Source of the DNA: Nocardioides sp.
GTDB lineage: Bacteria; Actinomycetota; Actinomycetes; Propionibacteriales; Nocardioidaceae
Direction of reading: 5' to 3'
NCBI GenBank assembly: GCA_041579495.1
Contig: JBFGFQ010000001.1
Coordinates: 1 to 36,895 of the forward strand
DNA length: 36,895 nucleotides
Shown here: positions 36,771 through 36,895 of the stretch, piece by piece
Numbering within the stretch: the stretch's first letter is position 1
Layout: the number at the start of each line of letters is the position of its first letter
Notes under the pieces: generated by a model
What the model saw: the letters and a program-made list of their open reading frames with translations, nothing else
What the model was told of the DNA's origin: nothing
Database searches by the model: none
Made by a program: the position numbers and the translations under genes

Positions 36771-36895
36771 GTGTTCTCGATCCCCATGCGCACCCGCTTC
36801 CGCGGCATCACCGTGCGCGAGGGCCTGCTGCTGCGCGGGCCGGGCGGGTGGGGGGAGTGGTCGCCGTTCCTGGAGTACGACGCCGCCGTCGCCGA
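36771..36895 (+). CDS. menC: o-succinylbenzoate synthase, N-terminal part (3' end outside window), in frame with menE
   Basis: VFSIPMRTRFRGITVREGLLLRGPGGWGEWSPFLEY, the typical actinobacterial MenC N-terminus; GGAGAG lies 6 nt before GTG 36771. Confidence 0.9.
   Translation, partial: MFSIPMRTRFRGITVREGLLLRGPGGWGEWSPFLEYDAAVA

Overview
Very GC-rich actinobacterial chromosomal DNA; gene content and order look Nocardioides-like, which is an inference. It is mostly conserved core genome: the ppx / proline dehydrogenase / proC / acuC / HTH / bS22 / epimerase / acyltransferase block, a BldN-like ECF sigma with an RsbN-like (DUF5667) partner, the rex-hemA-hemC-hemD-hemB heme operon, the hemL / phosphatase / TlpA / ccdA / resB / ccsB cytochrome c maturation operon, and menA / MFS / menE / menC. 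I found no transposase, integrase, rRNA, tRNA or CRISPR array. Points of interest: (1) menE has no stop codon and reads in frame through a palindromic repeat-like linker into menC; (2) two further palindromic intergenic elements, a 31-bp-period array of 34-bp palindromes and a 197-bp element with terminal inverted repeats; (3) two CGTAAC..CGTT(G/A) BldN-type promoters that link the sigma/anti-sigma pair to a secreted lytic transglycosylase; (4) a 47-codon ORF that overlaps both the sigma stop and the anti-sigma start; (5) pervasive leaderless genes, including a mirror-symmetric divergent promoter; (6) two small proteins and the menE-menC ORF are missing from the ORF track. All calls come from manual reading; no database search was run.
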